Notes: a model not told the origin generated them from the sequence alone. Positions 7,884 to 17,293 are shown, counted from the stretch's first letter. The stretch: 64,000 nucleotides of DNA from Cyanobacteriota bacterium (GCA_046052125.1 JBJOMY010000004.1:1-64000), one strand, 5' to 3'. Translations and numbers: made by a program.

Positions 7884-9209
7884 GTGAGCTCGACCAACGT
7901 CTCGATGCAACCGCCGGTGCTGGAGGATCGCCCGGATCCGATCGAGCTGATGCTCGCCCAGGAGGAGAGCCGGCTCGATTGGCTCCTGCCCGTGCGCCAT
8001 AGCCGGATGGCGGTGAGTGCGTTCACGTTTTATCGGGGTACGGCGGTTGTGATGGCGGCCGATCTGGCCCGCCAACCGCACTCCGGGGTGATGGTTCAGC
8101 TCTGTGGTGATGCCCATCTGTTGAACTTCGGCTTCTACGCCTCGCCGGAGCGTCAGCTTCTCTTTGATCTCAACGATTTCGACGAAACCCATCCCGGCCC
8201 CTTTGAGTGGGATGTGCAGCGGCTTGCGGCGAGCATGGTTCTCGCCGCCCGTGACCTGAACCTCAGCGTGAAGCAGCAGGAGAAGGTGTGTCGCCGCACG
8301 GTTCGCACCTATGCCAAGGCCATGGCCCAATTTGCGGCCAAGCCGGTGTTGGAGATGTGGGTGATGCAGCTGGATCTCGAGCGTTTGCTTGAGGAGGCCG
8401 AGAGCAAAACCCTGCAACGCCATGTTCAGTCTTTGGCGGCCCGAGCGCGTCAGCGCGACAGTCGTCAGGCGGTGAGCAAGCTCTGCGAAAAAGATCGTTC
8501 AGGAGAGCTGCGCATCCGCCACGATCCACCGCTGATCTTCAGGTTCTCGGAGTTTCAGGGCAAATGGCTGGATCACAACATGTCGCTGGATGAGTGGCAG
8601 CACAAGATGTGTCAGCTCTATCTCTCAAGTATTCGTCCTGACTTGCAGGTGTTGTTTTCCAACTTTCGCCTTTGCGATTCGGCCTTCAAGGCGGTTGGCG
8701 TTGGTTCGGTAGGTATGCGCTGTGCGATCGGGCTTTGGGTGGATCAACGCGGTGAGGAGGTGTTGGTGTTACAGAGCAAAGAAGCGAAAGCCTCGGTGTT
8801 GGCTCCCTACCTGAACCTGCCTGGCCCTGAGCATCAGGGGCAGCGGGTCGTGCAGGGGCAGCGCTTGATGCAAACCGCCAGTGATCTCTTCCTTGGCTGG
8901 ACGAGCACACTGGCTGGCGATCATTACTACTGGCGTCAGTTCCGCGATTGGAAATTGTCCGTCGATGTTTCGCTTCTCGATGCCGAGGGACTCACGGAGT
9001 ACGGCCGGCTCTGTGCCTGGACGTTGGCTAAAGCCCATGCCCGTAGCGGCGATCGGGAGGCAATCTGCGCTGCGATCGGGTCATCCAAAGGCTTCGCCGC
9101 CACCGTGCTTGAACAAGCGGTGGGGCATGCCGATCAAGCGCAGCTCGACTATCAGTTGCTCCTCAGTCGCATCGCCAGTGGGGAGATTTCTACGAGTGCC
9201 GTGTATTGA
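7884..9209 (+). CDS. DUF2252-domain protein (kinase-like fold)
   Basis: R..RM..S.F.FYRG, CGDAHLLNFG, DLNDFDE, K.VGVGSVG, G.RVV.GQR.MQ..SD.FLGW, RQ.RD.K.S, LAKAHARSGD motifs. Confidence 0.9.
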   Translation: MSSTNVSMQPPVLEDRPDPIELMLAQEESRLDWLLPVRHSRMAVSAFTFYRGTAVVMAADLARQPHSGVMVQLCGDAHLLNFGFYASPERQLLFDLNDFDETHPGPFEWDVQRLAASMVLAARDLNLSVKQQEKVCRRTVRTYAKAMAQFAAKPVLEMWVMQLDLERLLEEAESKTLQRHVQSLAARARQRDSRQAVSKLCEKDRSGELRIRHDPPLIFRFSEFQGKWLDHNMSLDEWQHKMCQLYLSSIRPDLQVLFSNFRLCDSAFKAVGVGSVGMRCAIGLWVDQRGEEVLVLQSKEAKASVLAPYLNLPGPEHQGQRVVQGQRLMQTASDLFLGWTSTLAGDHYYWRQFRDWKLSVDVSLLDAEGLTEYGRLCAWTLAKAHARSGDREAICAAIGSSKGFAATVLEQAVGHADQAQLDYQLLLSRIASGEISTSAVY

Positions 9210-9410
9210 GGGCTCTGACACTCCGCTGGGTTGTGTTTTGGGTTCGTTATGGATCCGTGCTCTGGGGATCAGATCATGAGGTCGGTGATTTCGGGAGGGC
9301 TGGTTATGTGCCAGCTCACGAGTGCCGAGTTTCCCCAGCGATAGACAGTCAGGCCTCCTTGGCCAAGCCCTCGTTGCCCCGATCACGGGTGGTGTGTCGA
9401 GATTTCAGAC

Positions 9411-9848
9411 TTGAATCCGATGGCTGGCAATGTATTGGTGCTGTCTGCAGGCAAGCGAGGCTGTGGGGCAAGTGCTCCGGCGAGGAGTCCAGTACCTGAG
9501 ATTTGCGCCACTTCAGCCAGGAGCCGCGATGATGGCCGACTGGCTTCCCCATCGCCTCCAACACTCGACGAGCTGCGCCGGTTGGCTCCGGCGCAGCAGA
9601 GCCTCACGGCGGCCCATGGCGCCCAGGAGCTGCAGGTGTTTGGCTCAGTGGTCCGGGGTTCCGCGCGGCCGGGCAGTGACCTGGATCTGCTGGTGGAATT
9701 CCCCGCCAGCCCCAGCTTTGAGCAGTACATGGACCTCAAGCTGGCGCTGGAGGATCTGCTGAGCGTTCCCGTGGACCTGGTGACCCGACGAGGCCTGCGG
9801 GCTGAGCTTCGCCAACGCATTGAAGAGGAGGCCATCCCTCTTGCCTGA
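9411..9848 (+). CDS. Minimal nucleotidyltransferase (MNT/MntA-type antitoxin); start uncertain
   Basis: VFGSVVRG...SDLDLLVEF...L...LE.LL...VDLVT motif; N-terminal ~45 aa of the ORF probably not real. Confidence 0.8.
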   Translation: MNPMAGNVLVLSAGKRGCGASAPARSPVPEICATSARSRDDGRLASPSPPTLDELRRLAPAQQSLTAAHGAQELQVFGSVVRGSARPGSDLDLLVEFPASPSFEQYMDLKLALEDLLSVPVDLVTRRGLRAELRQRIEEEAIPLA

Positions 9849-9930
9849 GCACGAGGGGGCCAGGTCACCCCGATCGCTGTCTTCAGGCAACGTGAAGACA
9901 TCAGGCACACAGGCGGGCTAGTTTGATGGC

Positions 9931-10227
9931 ATGAAGCCGTTCGCCTGGAGCGCTGAAAAGAATGATCAGCTCATGGCCGAACGGGGGATCTGCTTCGAGA
10001 CGGTCGTGGTCGCCATCGAAGCCGGAGAGCTCCTCGATGTGCTCGATCACCCAAACCAGGCCCGTTACCCCGGTCAACGAATCCTGGTGGTCCGGCTCAA
10101 CGGTTATGTGCACCTAGTGCCCTATGCGGAGTCAGATGACCACTTATTTCTGAAGACGATCATTCCGAGCCGCAGAGCTCAGCGCCAGTACACCCCCGCT
10201 CCTTCTGACGGAGAGAACGATGCCTGA
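9931..10227 (+). CDS. BrnT-like ribonuclease toxin
   Basis: F.WS.EKN......RGI.FE, HPNQ.RYPGQ, LKTI.PSR motifs. Confidence 0.8.
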   Translation: MKPFAWSAEKNDQLMAERGICFETVVVAIEAGELLDVLDHPNQARYPGQRILVVRLNGYVHLVPYAESDDHLFLKTIIPSRRAQRQYTPAPSDGENDA

Positions 10228-10516
10228 ACAGAACCCTGTGCCAGCGCTCGAAGCCGACGAACAGCAGCTCCTCGATGCTTTCGAGCAGGGTGCGCTGACC
10301 AGCGTGGCCACTCCTGCGCTGCTGAATGACCTACGCCAATCCGCCCGGGCTACGGGGCAGAAGGATCAGCGTATCAACATCCGCCTGTCCAGTGGTGATC
10401 TCCAGGCCATCCGAACCCGGGCACTCCAGGAGGGGATCCCTTATCAGACCTTGATTAGCAGCGTTCTGCACAAATACGTGAGCGGCACGTTGCAGGAGCG
10501 CGTCACCGTCCGGTGA
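10220..10516 (+). CDS. BrnA/CopG-like RHH antitoxin
   Basis: KDQRINIRLS..DL..I..RA..EGIPYQTLISSVLHKY; overlaps the toxin stop. Confidence 0.8.
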   Translation: MPEQNPVPALEADEQQLLDAFEQGALTSVATPALLNDLRQSARATGQKDQRINIRLSSGDLQAIRTRALQEGIPYQTLISSVLHKYVSGTLQERVTVR

Positions 10517-10575
10517 AGGCTCCAGAAGAAGTCTTTCTGTCACTGTTATTCGTTTACTGCCGCCAGTGACAGGGG

Positions 10576-10991
10576 TTGAGCACCCCGCAAGATGCACCCC
10601 GCCAGCTCAAGACGCACCGCAAGATGCGCCGCGCCGGGCACCTCCAGGATCGCCCCTTGACTGGCGGAGCGGTCCTTGATGCGTCCCGTCGCTGCGCCGT
10701 AGGGCGTCAGGTCGTTATGGCTACGCATGTTCTGGGGTATGGCCCCGAGGATTCGGTTGGTCTGGTGGAGTCCTGCTATCGGGCCGTGGAGTGGATCCTT
10801 GCCACCCACGCCGCCAAGGGGCATTGATCGCCAGGCCCTGGGTTAACCACCCCTATGGGGAGGAAGAGGTCACGTTGCTCGAGGAGGAGCTGCTGCCAGC
10901 GATGGCGGTGTTCCTCGCTCGGGTGGAGGTGATTGATCGGGCGCTTGAGACCGATCAGGAGCTGGAGGTGGCTGCCCATCAGGCCCGCTGA
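10576..10991 (+). pseudogene. Split/frameshifted hypothetical gene
   Basis: Two overlapping frames (10576-10827 and 10791-10991) join into protein-like AVEWILATHAA..PWVNHPYGEEEVTLLEEELLPAMAVFLARV. Confidence 0.5.
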
Positions 10992-11039
10992 GGGCCAGGC
11001 TGGCGGTGGCCGGCCTTTTCTGCTGCTCCCGTTGGTGGG

Positions 11040-11429
11040 TCAGCCGTTGATCGGGTTGCGGGGTTCAAGAGGGAGTATTCGAACCCGTTGCCGGCGCTCA
11101 TCGGCAACGATTAAGGCGCCTTGTTCCAGCTCATTGCTGTAGTTGCAAAGCAGGTTGAGCACCAGCGAACCGATTGCCTCGGGCAACACGTTCAAGCAGC
11201 GCACCTGCAGAACACTGGGCCCATCGGCACCGGAGAGGGCAAGCATGGTGCCGAAGTCAAGATCGTGCGTGAAGACCGCATAGCCACGGGAGCTGGCCCA
11301 GGTCATCAGTTCAGTGTCTGGGGCTCTCGGATCACCAACCTCAGACCAGTGCACAGCCTCATGGCCGGCTGCCTTGAGGAGCGGAATCCACTCGGTCGAC
11401 AGGTTCATATCGACGAGAAGCCGTGCCAT
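11040..11429 (-). CDS. DUF5615 PIN-like toxin (VapC45-like)
   Basis: LLVDMNLS, G.EAVHWS.VG...APD, FTHDLDFG, RVRILPL motifs. Confidence 0.85.
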   Translation of the reverse strand: MARLLVDMNLSTEWIPLLKAAGHEAVHWSEVGDPRAPDTELMTWASSRGYAVFTHDLDFGTMLALSGADGPSVLQVRCLNVLPEAIGSLVLNLLCNYSNELEQGALIVADERRQRVRILPLEPRNPING

Positions 11430-11656
11430 CAGCTCAGCACCAGCGCCTCTTCCCGTTCCTCAAGGCGCCAGGCGGCATAGGCCAGTGCTTCATCGATGTC
11501 AGGGCCCTCTAGTAGCGGGTAGGCCGCCAGGATCCGATCCCGGCTCACGCCACTTGCCACTAGGCCAACGATGGTGCTCACGCTGATCCGCAGCCCACGG
11601 ATGCAGGGCTTGCCTCCCAGTACGGCTGGGTCGTGCGTTATGCGTGAGAAAGCCAT
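11429..11656 (-). CDS. DUF433 antitoxin (VapB45-like)
   Basis: RIT.DP.VLGGKPCIRGLRISV...IL..YP.L...DI.EAL.YA. Confidence 0.9.
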   Translation of the reverse strand: MAFSRITHDPAVLGGKPCIRGLRISVSTIVGLVASGVSRDRILAAYPLLEGPDIDEALAYAAWRLEEREEALVLS

Positions 11657-11719
11657 GGGATCAGCGTAGGCAGGGCTATTGATTCAGGCTGTAGCGGCGC
11701 TTGCGGCTCGAGCCGATCA

Positions 11720-12001
11720 GCGCCATGGATCAGTTCTCGCACCGCGAGCAGTTGTTGGGTTCTTCTTGATGAAGTGTGGGGTCCCCCCGAAACGGTTGAC
11801 AAGGCAGCGCTCGTAGGCGCTGATCACGTCCTCGCGGGCCACCCATTCCAAAGGGGCGAGCTAGAACTGCCGCAGCCTCTCCCCGTCCACAATCTTGCGG
11901 ACGTACAGGTAAGGCGATCTGTCGGGGCTGGCGTGCAGGCAGAAGCGGCAGCCGTCTTCCACCAGTCGGTGGGAGTAGAGGGCCAGGGCTGAGCGGTTCA
12001 C
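11720..12001 (-). pseudogene. Gene remnant with an in-frame stop beside the tRNA 3' end, possibly an integrase N-terminus
   Basis: GTG at 12001 reads NRSALALYSHRLVEDGCRFCLHASPDRSPYLYVRKIVDGERLRQF*LAPLEWVAREDVISAYERCL; TAG at 11861-11863; no catalytic motifs visible; end coordinate approximate. Confidence 0.4.
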
Positions 12002-12087
12002 AGCAGGGGGGCATCGGCTCCTTTGAGCATTCCCAGCTCACCCACACGTGGACCCACTGATTCGTCTACTGATTCAGTGGTGCAACT

Positions 12088-12169
12088 TTGCAGGGAAAGC
12101 TGGAGGGAAAGTGCGCCGGCCGGCCACACGATCCTGGCAGATCTGGAGGGAAACTCACTTTCCCTGTAG
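12088..12169. repeat. Four 12-bp repeats (three direct, one inverted) with core AGGGAAA
   Basis: TTGCAGGGAAAG 12088, CTGGAGGGAAAG 12100, CTGGAGGGAAAC 12143, inverted CTTTCCCTGTAG 12158. Confidence 0.75.
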
Positions 12170-12232
12170 GTGGTTCAAAGTGATGCGATTTGACGAAAAG
12201 AAGCGCTTGTGATACCAATTCCCAGAAACAAG

Positions 12233-12258
12233 AAACCCCTGTCGGTGACAGGGGTTTT
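12233..12258 (-). terminator. Hairpin/terminator downstream of tRNA-Thr
   Basis: AAACCCCTGTC-GGT-GACAGGGGTTT stem-loop with flanking T/A tracts. Confidence 0.7.
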
Positions 12259-12283
12259 GGGCTTCGGTTTGACTCTTTTAAAA

Positions 12284-12355
<72 letters not shown>

Positions 12356-12404
12356 AGCCGCATCAAATTAGCATTCAGGCTGTTGCGCCCTTTGGGCTCG
12401 CGTC

Positions 12405-12674
12405 ATGGTTCCACCCTCCCGTGAGCCCCTGGATCCAGCGCTGCGGGCGCGGTTGATGCAGGAGGCCAAGACGCCTTGGCGGGGATTGCGTCGCGGGCTG
12501 TGGTTGGCGTTCACGGCTTCGGCGGCCGTCGGCCTCGCCACGATGTCGATGCGGGCAGCCGCAGGCAATGAGGTGGCGCTGAGTGATCTAGGGATCCAGG
12601 TTGGCGCGCTTGTCCTCTTCGGTGGTTTGCTCTGGCGTGACCGCAACCCCAGCATCGACGACGAGATCGTCTGA
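12405..12674 (+). CDS. DUF3493-domain membrane protein
   Basis: RARL.QEA.TPWRGLRR.LW.AF.ASA.VG pattern. Confidence 0.75.
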   Translation: MVPPSREPLDPALRARLMQEAKTPWRGLRRGLWLAFTASAAVGLATMSMRAAAGNEVALSDLGIQVGALVLFGGLLWRDRNPSIDDEIV

Positions 12675-13607
12675 GTTGGCGTCTCCCTCGTCTGCTGCTT
12701 CGGTTTCGGTCTCAGTAGCCGTTTCCTCTTCTGCAGGAGTCGTTGCTTCAGCAACGGCGCCATTAGTGCCCGTGTCGTTCAGCTCGCTAGCGGTCCCTGG
12801 TGATTCGGTTGGGTCTGGGTCAGACCTGTCCTTGCCGAGCGCAGCTGCTGCCTCGTCCGTTGCCTCGTTTGGGGCAGGGGGCTCAGCTGGGGCAGGGGCT
12901 TCCGCCTCCGGATCAGGCTCTTGCTCTGTTTTTAGTTCGGCTTGAGCCTCGGTTGCTGGTTCAGGTACCTGTCTCGCTGGGGGCTCGGGCGTCCGCTCGG
13001 CTCTGGCGGCAGGTTGCTCGATCGCCAGTGGAGGCAGCAGCAACAGTGGAACACCCAGATTGAGGCGGCTCTCGGCGGCCTGGGCTTGGGTGAGCGGCAG
13101 GGTTTCGTCCACCAGCGAGGTTGGCCTTGTGAACAGCCAGAGGGCCTGAACGAGTTGGTGCCACTGCCACTGCATCAGCGCGAGTAGAGGCACGCTCACC
13201 AGCAACACCACCAGCCTTGGACTTGCCGACAGGGGCGACCAGGCCCAGGCCAAGCCAGCGCCTGCGTCCAGTTGCCAGAGCAGCGGGAGCAACAGGGCCG
13301 CACCGGCTGCAGCGATCACCCGCACGGGCAGGGCACCCTGCAGGGCACTGAGGCGCAATTGCTCGGGCCGGCGCCCCCGCAGGGGCACCTGCACCAGCAG
13401 AAGCGACCACAGATCGGGAGGCAGGCGCCAGAACAGCACTGCCGGAGCCAGGGCGCCGAGGGCCCAGGCCAGCACCCGCTCAAAGCCGGGGAATGGACCT
13501 GGATCCGCTCCGGCGAGCACCAGGATCAGGAGCAGCGCTTCGAGGGGCAACGCCGGGAGCCCCAGGAGCTGGAGCCACAGCAGGGGTTCGCGACATTCCG
13601 GATTCAC
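12588..13607 (-). CDS. Cyanobacterial low-complexity-tail membrane protein
   Basis: EPLLWLQL.G N-terminus, several TM helices, long acidic Pro/Ala tail; typical position downstream of infB. Confidence 0.75.
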   Translation of the reverse strand: MNPECREPLLWLQLLGLPALPLEALLLILVLAGADPGPFPGFERVLAWALGALAPAVLFWRLPPDLWSLLLVQVPLRGRRPEQLRLSALQGALPVRVIAAAGAALLLPLLWQLDAGAGLAWAWSPLSASPRLVVLLVSVPLLALMQWQWHQLVQALWLFTRPTSLVDETLPLTQAQAAESRLNLGVPLLLLPPLAIEQPAARAERTPEPPARQVPEPATEAQAELKTEQEPDPEAEAPAPAEPPAPNEATDEAAAALGKDRSDPDPTESPGTASELNDTGTNGAVAEATTPAEEETATETETEAADEGDANSDDLVVDAGVAVTPEQTTEEDKRANLDP

Positions 13608-13623
13608 GGTGGACTGCAGCGGA

Positions 13624-16600
13624 TCAGGTGCTCAGTGTGCGGCGTTGGGTGACGAGTTTGTAGGCCTCGACGCGGTCGCCGTCCTGCCAGTTGGCGAAGC
13701 GATCGCAGCCGATGCCGCACTCGAAGCCGGTGGCCACTTCCTTCTGGTCGTCCTTGCCGCGGCGCAGGGAGTCGAGGTCGCCCTCGTACACCTTTTCCTT
13801 GCCGCGCCAGACGCGCACCTTGCAGTTGCGCTGCAGCTTGCCGTTGGTGACGTAGCAGCCCGCCACGGCGCTCTTGCCGATGGTGAACACAGCCCGCACT
13901 TCGGCTTCGCCGAGGCTTTCTTCCACCAACTCGGGTTCCAACAGGCCTTCCATGGCCATCTGGATGTCCTCGAGCAGCTTGTAGATCACGTCGTAATCGC
14001 GCACATCCACGCCGGTGGCATCGGCGGCGCGCTTGGCGCCCGGTGCCATCGAGGTGTTGAAGCCCACGATCACGGCGCCGGAAGCGGCGGCCAGATCCAC
14101 GTCGGTTTCGGTGATCTCGCCCGGTGCCGAGAGCAGCACGCGCACCTGCACCTCTTCGCGGGGCAGCTGTTCGAGGGAGCCGAGGATGGCTTCCACCGAA
14201 CCCTGCACGTCCGCCTTGAGGATCAGGTTGAGCTCCTTGAGCTCGCCCTCGCTCGCCTGGCCCGACATCGAGGCCAGCGACACCCGGCGCGACGCCATCT
14301 GCTGAGCCAGACGGGTGGCGCGGGCTTCGGTGGCGCGATCGCCCACCACAGCGCGGGCGGCTTTCTCGTCTGGGTAGACCTCGAACTCGTCGCCGGCGGT
14401 GGGCACTTCGCTGAAGCCCAGGGCCTCCACCGCATAGGAGGGGCCGGCTTCCTTCACGCGCTTGCCGTTGTCGTCGACCATGGCGCGCACCTTGCCCAGG
14501 ATCGGGCCCGCCGCCAGCACATCGCCGGTGCGCAGGGTGCCGTTCTGGATGAGCAGGGTGGCCACAGGACCCTTGGCCTTGTCGAGGTGTGCCTCGATCA
14601 CGGTGCCCTTCGCCATGCGGTCGGGGTTGGCCTGCAGGTCTTCCACTTCGGTGACCAGCAGGATCATCTCGAGCAGCTTGTCGATGTTCTCGCCCTTGAT
14701 GGCGCTCACCGGCACCATCACGGTGTTGCCGCCCCAGTCCTCGGCCACGAGTTCGTGGGAGGAGAGCTCCTGCTTCACCCGATCCGGTGAGGCGCCTTCC
14801 TTATCGATCTTGTTGATCGCCACCACGATCGGCACCTTGGCGGCGCGGGCGTGGCTGATCGCTTCCAGAGTCTGGGGACGGACGCCGTCATCGGCGGCCA
14901 CCACCAGCACAGCCACGTCGGTGACCTTGGTACCGCGGGCACGCATGGCGGTGAACGCCTCGTGGCCTGGGGTGTCGAGGAAGGTGATCTTGCGCTGCTC
15001 GCCGGCGTGCGGGACTTCCACCTGGTAAGCACCGATGTGCTGGGTGATGCCCCCCGCTTCGCCAGCGGTGACGCGGGTTTTGCGGATCGAGTCGAGCAGG
15101 CTAGTTTTGCCGTGGTCCACGTGGCCCATCACGGTCACCACGGGCGGTCGGCGGATCAGGTGAGCGAGGTCGCTCTCCTCGATCATCTCCACCGTCTTGG
15201 CGGCAGCAGCCTCTACGTCGTCTTCGAGCACCGGCACGCCGAACTCGTCAGACACCGTCTCGATCGCCGAGAGATCGAGGGTCTGGGTGACGGTGGCAAT
15301 GATGCCCTTGAAGAACAGGCTCTTGATGATCTCGGAGCTGTCCACGCCCAGGCGATCGGCCAGCTCCTGCACCGTGAGGTTGCCCTCCGGCACCACGAGC
15401 ATTTCGGGCCGCTGTTGCTTGGCCTCGCGGGCTGCACGCAGTTCCATCGCCCGGCGGCGCTGGCGCTGGCGGGTGGTTTCCTTCTTGCGCTTGCGGGCCA
15501 CGGCCGTGGGCTTGCGCTGCGCCGTGGGGGCGGTGCGGGGCTTGGCGGGGCGGGCCAGGGAGGCCTGCAGCACCACGGCGTCCTGTTCGCCGGCGTAGCC
15601 GCCGGTTTCGGCCGTAAGGGCGTCGTCGTTTTCGCCAATGATGTGGACTTTCTGGCGCTGCTTCTGCGGCGAGCGGCTGCGCAGCGCTTCCAGCTTGGCG
15701 CTGTCGTCCCAGTCGGGGCGACGGGGGCGGCCGCCGGCCGGGGGCTGGGGCGCCCGGAAGTTGGGACGGCGCGGTGCCGAGGGCGGCGTTGCCGTGGGAC
15801 GCACAGCCTCATCGCCACCGGGGGCGCCGACACCGGCACCAGCGGGAGCTCCGGGGCCACCGGGACGGCGCGGCGGTGCAGCGGCCGGACGGGCGCCTGG
15901 CTTCTGCAGTTGCATCAGCTCGCCAGGGGCCACCGGCTTGCGCATGCCGGGCATGCCAGGCCGGGTTGGCGGCGCAGGGCGGTTGCCGCCGGTGGGGGCG
16001 TTGGTGTCGCGGCGGATCGGCTTGCCCACCAGTTCCACTTGGGGCCGCGCCGGTGGTGTGCCGGGCTTGGCGGCGCGCACGGGGGCCGGTGCACCGGGGC
16101 GCGTGGGCATCCCGGGCCGCTGGCTCAGGGATGGACGCCCGGAGGGAGGTGCAGGGCGGCTGCCGCCCTGGCCGGCTTGTGGACGACCCACCAGCTGAGG
16201 CTTGTTGCCGCCACCGGCCTGGCGGGCCGGGGCAGGAGCGCCGGGGCGCTGCGGTGCGGCGGCAGGACGCTGCGGCGGAGCGGCGGGACGTGCCGGTGCT
16301 GCGGCGCTCGGGGGTGCGGGCTTACGGGCCGGCGGAGCGCCAGCGGGGGCCTTCGACACGATCGCCGGGGCCGGACGGGCTGGCGTGGGGGCTCCGGGGC
16401 GCGCAGGTGCACCGCTGGCTGGTTTGGCGGCCACGGGCCGAGCCGGCGGTGCGGAAGGAGCGGCTGGGCGGGCTGGCGGAGCAACGGGCTTGGCTGCCTG
16501 GGGCGCTGCAGGGGCGGGCCGGGGCGCCGGGGCTGCCGGTTTCGCGGCGGCGGGCGCGGCGGGTTTGGCGGCAGCCGGAGCGGGAGCTGCGGCCGGGCGT

Positions 16601-16950
16601 GCGGGGGCGGCCACCGGTTTGGCGGCGACGGGCTTAGCCGGTGCAGCGGGAGCGGAGGCTGCGGCCGGTTTGGGTGCCTGCGGGGCTGAAGCCGGTGCCG
16701 GCGCAGAAGGGGCTTTCTTCACCGACAGGATCGCTTTCTGAGGAGGCGCAGCGGGAGCTGCGGCGGCCTTGGCGCCATTGCTGGCGGTCTTGATCAGGCT
16801 GCGAATACGGGCTGCCTCGTCGTCGCTGATGGAGCTGCTGTGGCTCTTCGCAGCGATCGAGAGCTTCTCGGCGGCATCGAGCACGTCCTTGTTCTCAAGG
16901 CCCAAGTCCTTGGACAGCTCGTAAATCCTGACTTTGCCGCTGCTGGTCAT
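13624..16950 (-). CDS. infB: Translation initiation factor IF-2
   Basis: [10 protein letters not shown]-terminus, [21 protein letters not shown] GTPase motifs. Confidence 0.98.
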   Translation of the reverse strand: MTSSGKVRIYELSKDLGLENKDVLDAAEKLSIAAKSHSSSISDDEAARIRSLIKTASNGAKAAAAPAAPPQKAILSVKKAPSAPAPASAPQAPKPAAASAPAAPAKPVAAKPVAAPARPAAAPAPAAAKPAAPAAAKPAAPAPRPAPAAPQAAKPVAPPARPAAPSAPPARPVAAKPASGAPARPGAPTPARPAPAIVSKAPAGAPPARKPAPPSAAAPARPAAPPQRPAAAPQRPGAPAPARQAGGGNKPQLVGRPQAGQGGSRPAPPSGRPSLSQRPGMPTRPGAPAPVRAAKPGTPPARPQVELVGKPIRRDTNAPTGGNRPAPPTRPGMPGMRKPVAPGELMQLQKPGARPAAAPPRRPGGPGAPAGAGVGAPGGDEAVRPTATPPSAPRRPNFRAPQPPAGGRPRRPDWDDSAKLEALRSRSPQKQRQKVHIIGENDDALTAETGGYAGEQDAVVLQASLARPAKPRTAPTAQRKPTAVARKRKKETTRQRQRRRAMELRAAREAKQQRPEMLVVPEGNLTVQELADRLGVDSSEIIKSLFFKGIIATVTQTLDLSAIETVSDEFGVPVLEDDVEAAAAKTVEMIEESDLAHLIRRPPVVTVMGHVDHGKTSLLDSIRKTRVTAGEAGGITQHIGAYQVEVPHAGEQRKITFLDTPGHEAFTAMRARGTKVTDVAVLVVAADDGVRPQTLEAISHARAAKVPIVVAINKIDKEGASPDRVKQELSSHELVAEDWGGNTVMVPVSAIKGENIDKLLEMILLVTEVEDLQANPDRMAKGTVIEAHLDKAKGPVATLLIQNGTLRTGDVLAAGPILGKVRAMVDDNGKRVKEAGPSYAVEALGFSEVPTAGDEFEVYPDEKAARAVVGDRATEARATRLAQQMASRRVSLASMSGQASEGELKELNLILKADVQGSVEAILGSLEQLPREEVQVRVLLSAPGEITETDVDLAAASGAVIVGFNTSMAPGAKRAADATGVDVRDYDVIYKLLEDIQMAMEGLLEPELVEESLGEAEVRAVFTIGKSAVAGCYVTNGKLQRNCKVRVWRGKEKVYEGDLDSLRRGKDDQKEVATGFECGIGCDRFANWQDGDRVEAYKLVTQRRTLST

Positions 16951-17014
16951 TCAGTGCTCCAAAGGGTCGGTGCCACGGGTGCCACCGGGCCTCCACACAC
17001 GGTGAGGCCAACAT

Positions 17015-17293
17015 TCATCTTGCCTCAGAGCCTGCAGATGAGGTGGCGTGCAGGCGCTGCTCCAATGCCGCGTAGATGGAATCTGCAACCTGGCAACGCA
17101 GGGCCTTCTGCAGTTTCTTGCGGCGTTTGGCTTCCTCGAGACAGCTCTGGCTCGGGCAGAGATAGGCCGATCGGCCCATGCCCGTGTCGAGAGCGAGTCC
17201 TCCGTCCGCCAGGCGGATGACCCGCCAGAGCTGTTGGCGATCCAATAGCTGCCGGCAGGTCACGCAGCGCCTGAGGACGCTGCGCTCACTCAC
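17015..17293 (-). CDS. ylxR: YlxR/DUF448 family protein
   Basis: RRCV.CR, GRSAYLC motifs; located between nusA and infB. Confidence 0.9.
   Translation of the reverse strand: MSERSVLRRCVTCRQLLDRQQLWRVIRLADGGLALDTGMGRSAYLCPSQSCLEEAKRRKKLQKALRCQVADSIYAALEQRLHATSSAGSEAR

Larger units (their letters stand above)
114..12283. mobile_element. Putative degenerate genomic island at the tRNA-Thr 3' end; left boundary uncertain
   Basis: Adjacent to a tRNA 3' end; TA modules, pseudogenes, arm-like repeats, visibly AT-richer coding sequence in 3.5-9.2 kb; no intact integrase. Confidence 0.6.

Noticed and set aside
9210..9530. Intergenic stretch examined for IS ends or a riboswitch
   Set aside because: No terminal inverted repeats, transposase fragment or recognisable aptamer seen
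3195..11690. 12-bp direct match TTGATTCAGGCT at 3195 and 11679 as possible island ends
   Set aside because: A few 12-mer matches are expected by chance in 12 kb, and it is unrelated to the tRNA sequence
13609..16741. Long plus-strand ORFs (393, 612 and 287 aa) opposite infB
   Set aside because: Antisense shadow frames caused by high GC3 codon bias; no family motifs
15700..16780. Pro/Ala-rich repetitive DNA resembling a repeat array
   Set aside because: Normal low-complexity N-terminal region of cyanobacterial IF-2; no regular repeat-spacer structure, so not CRISPR
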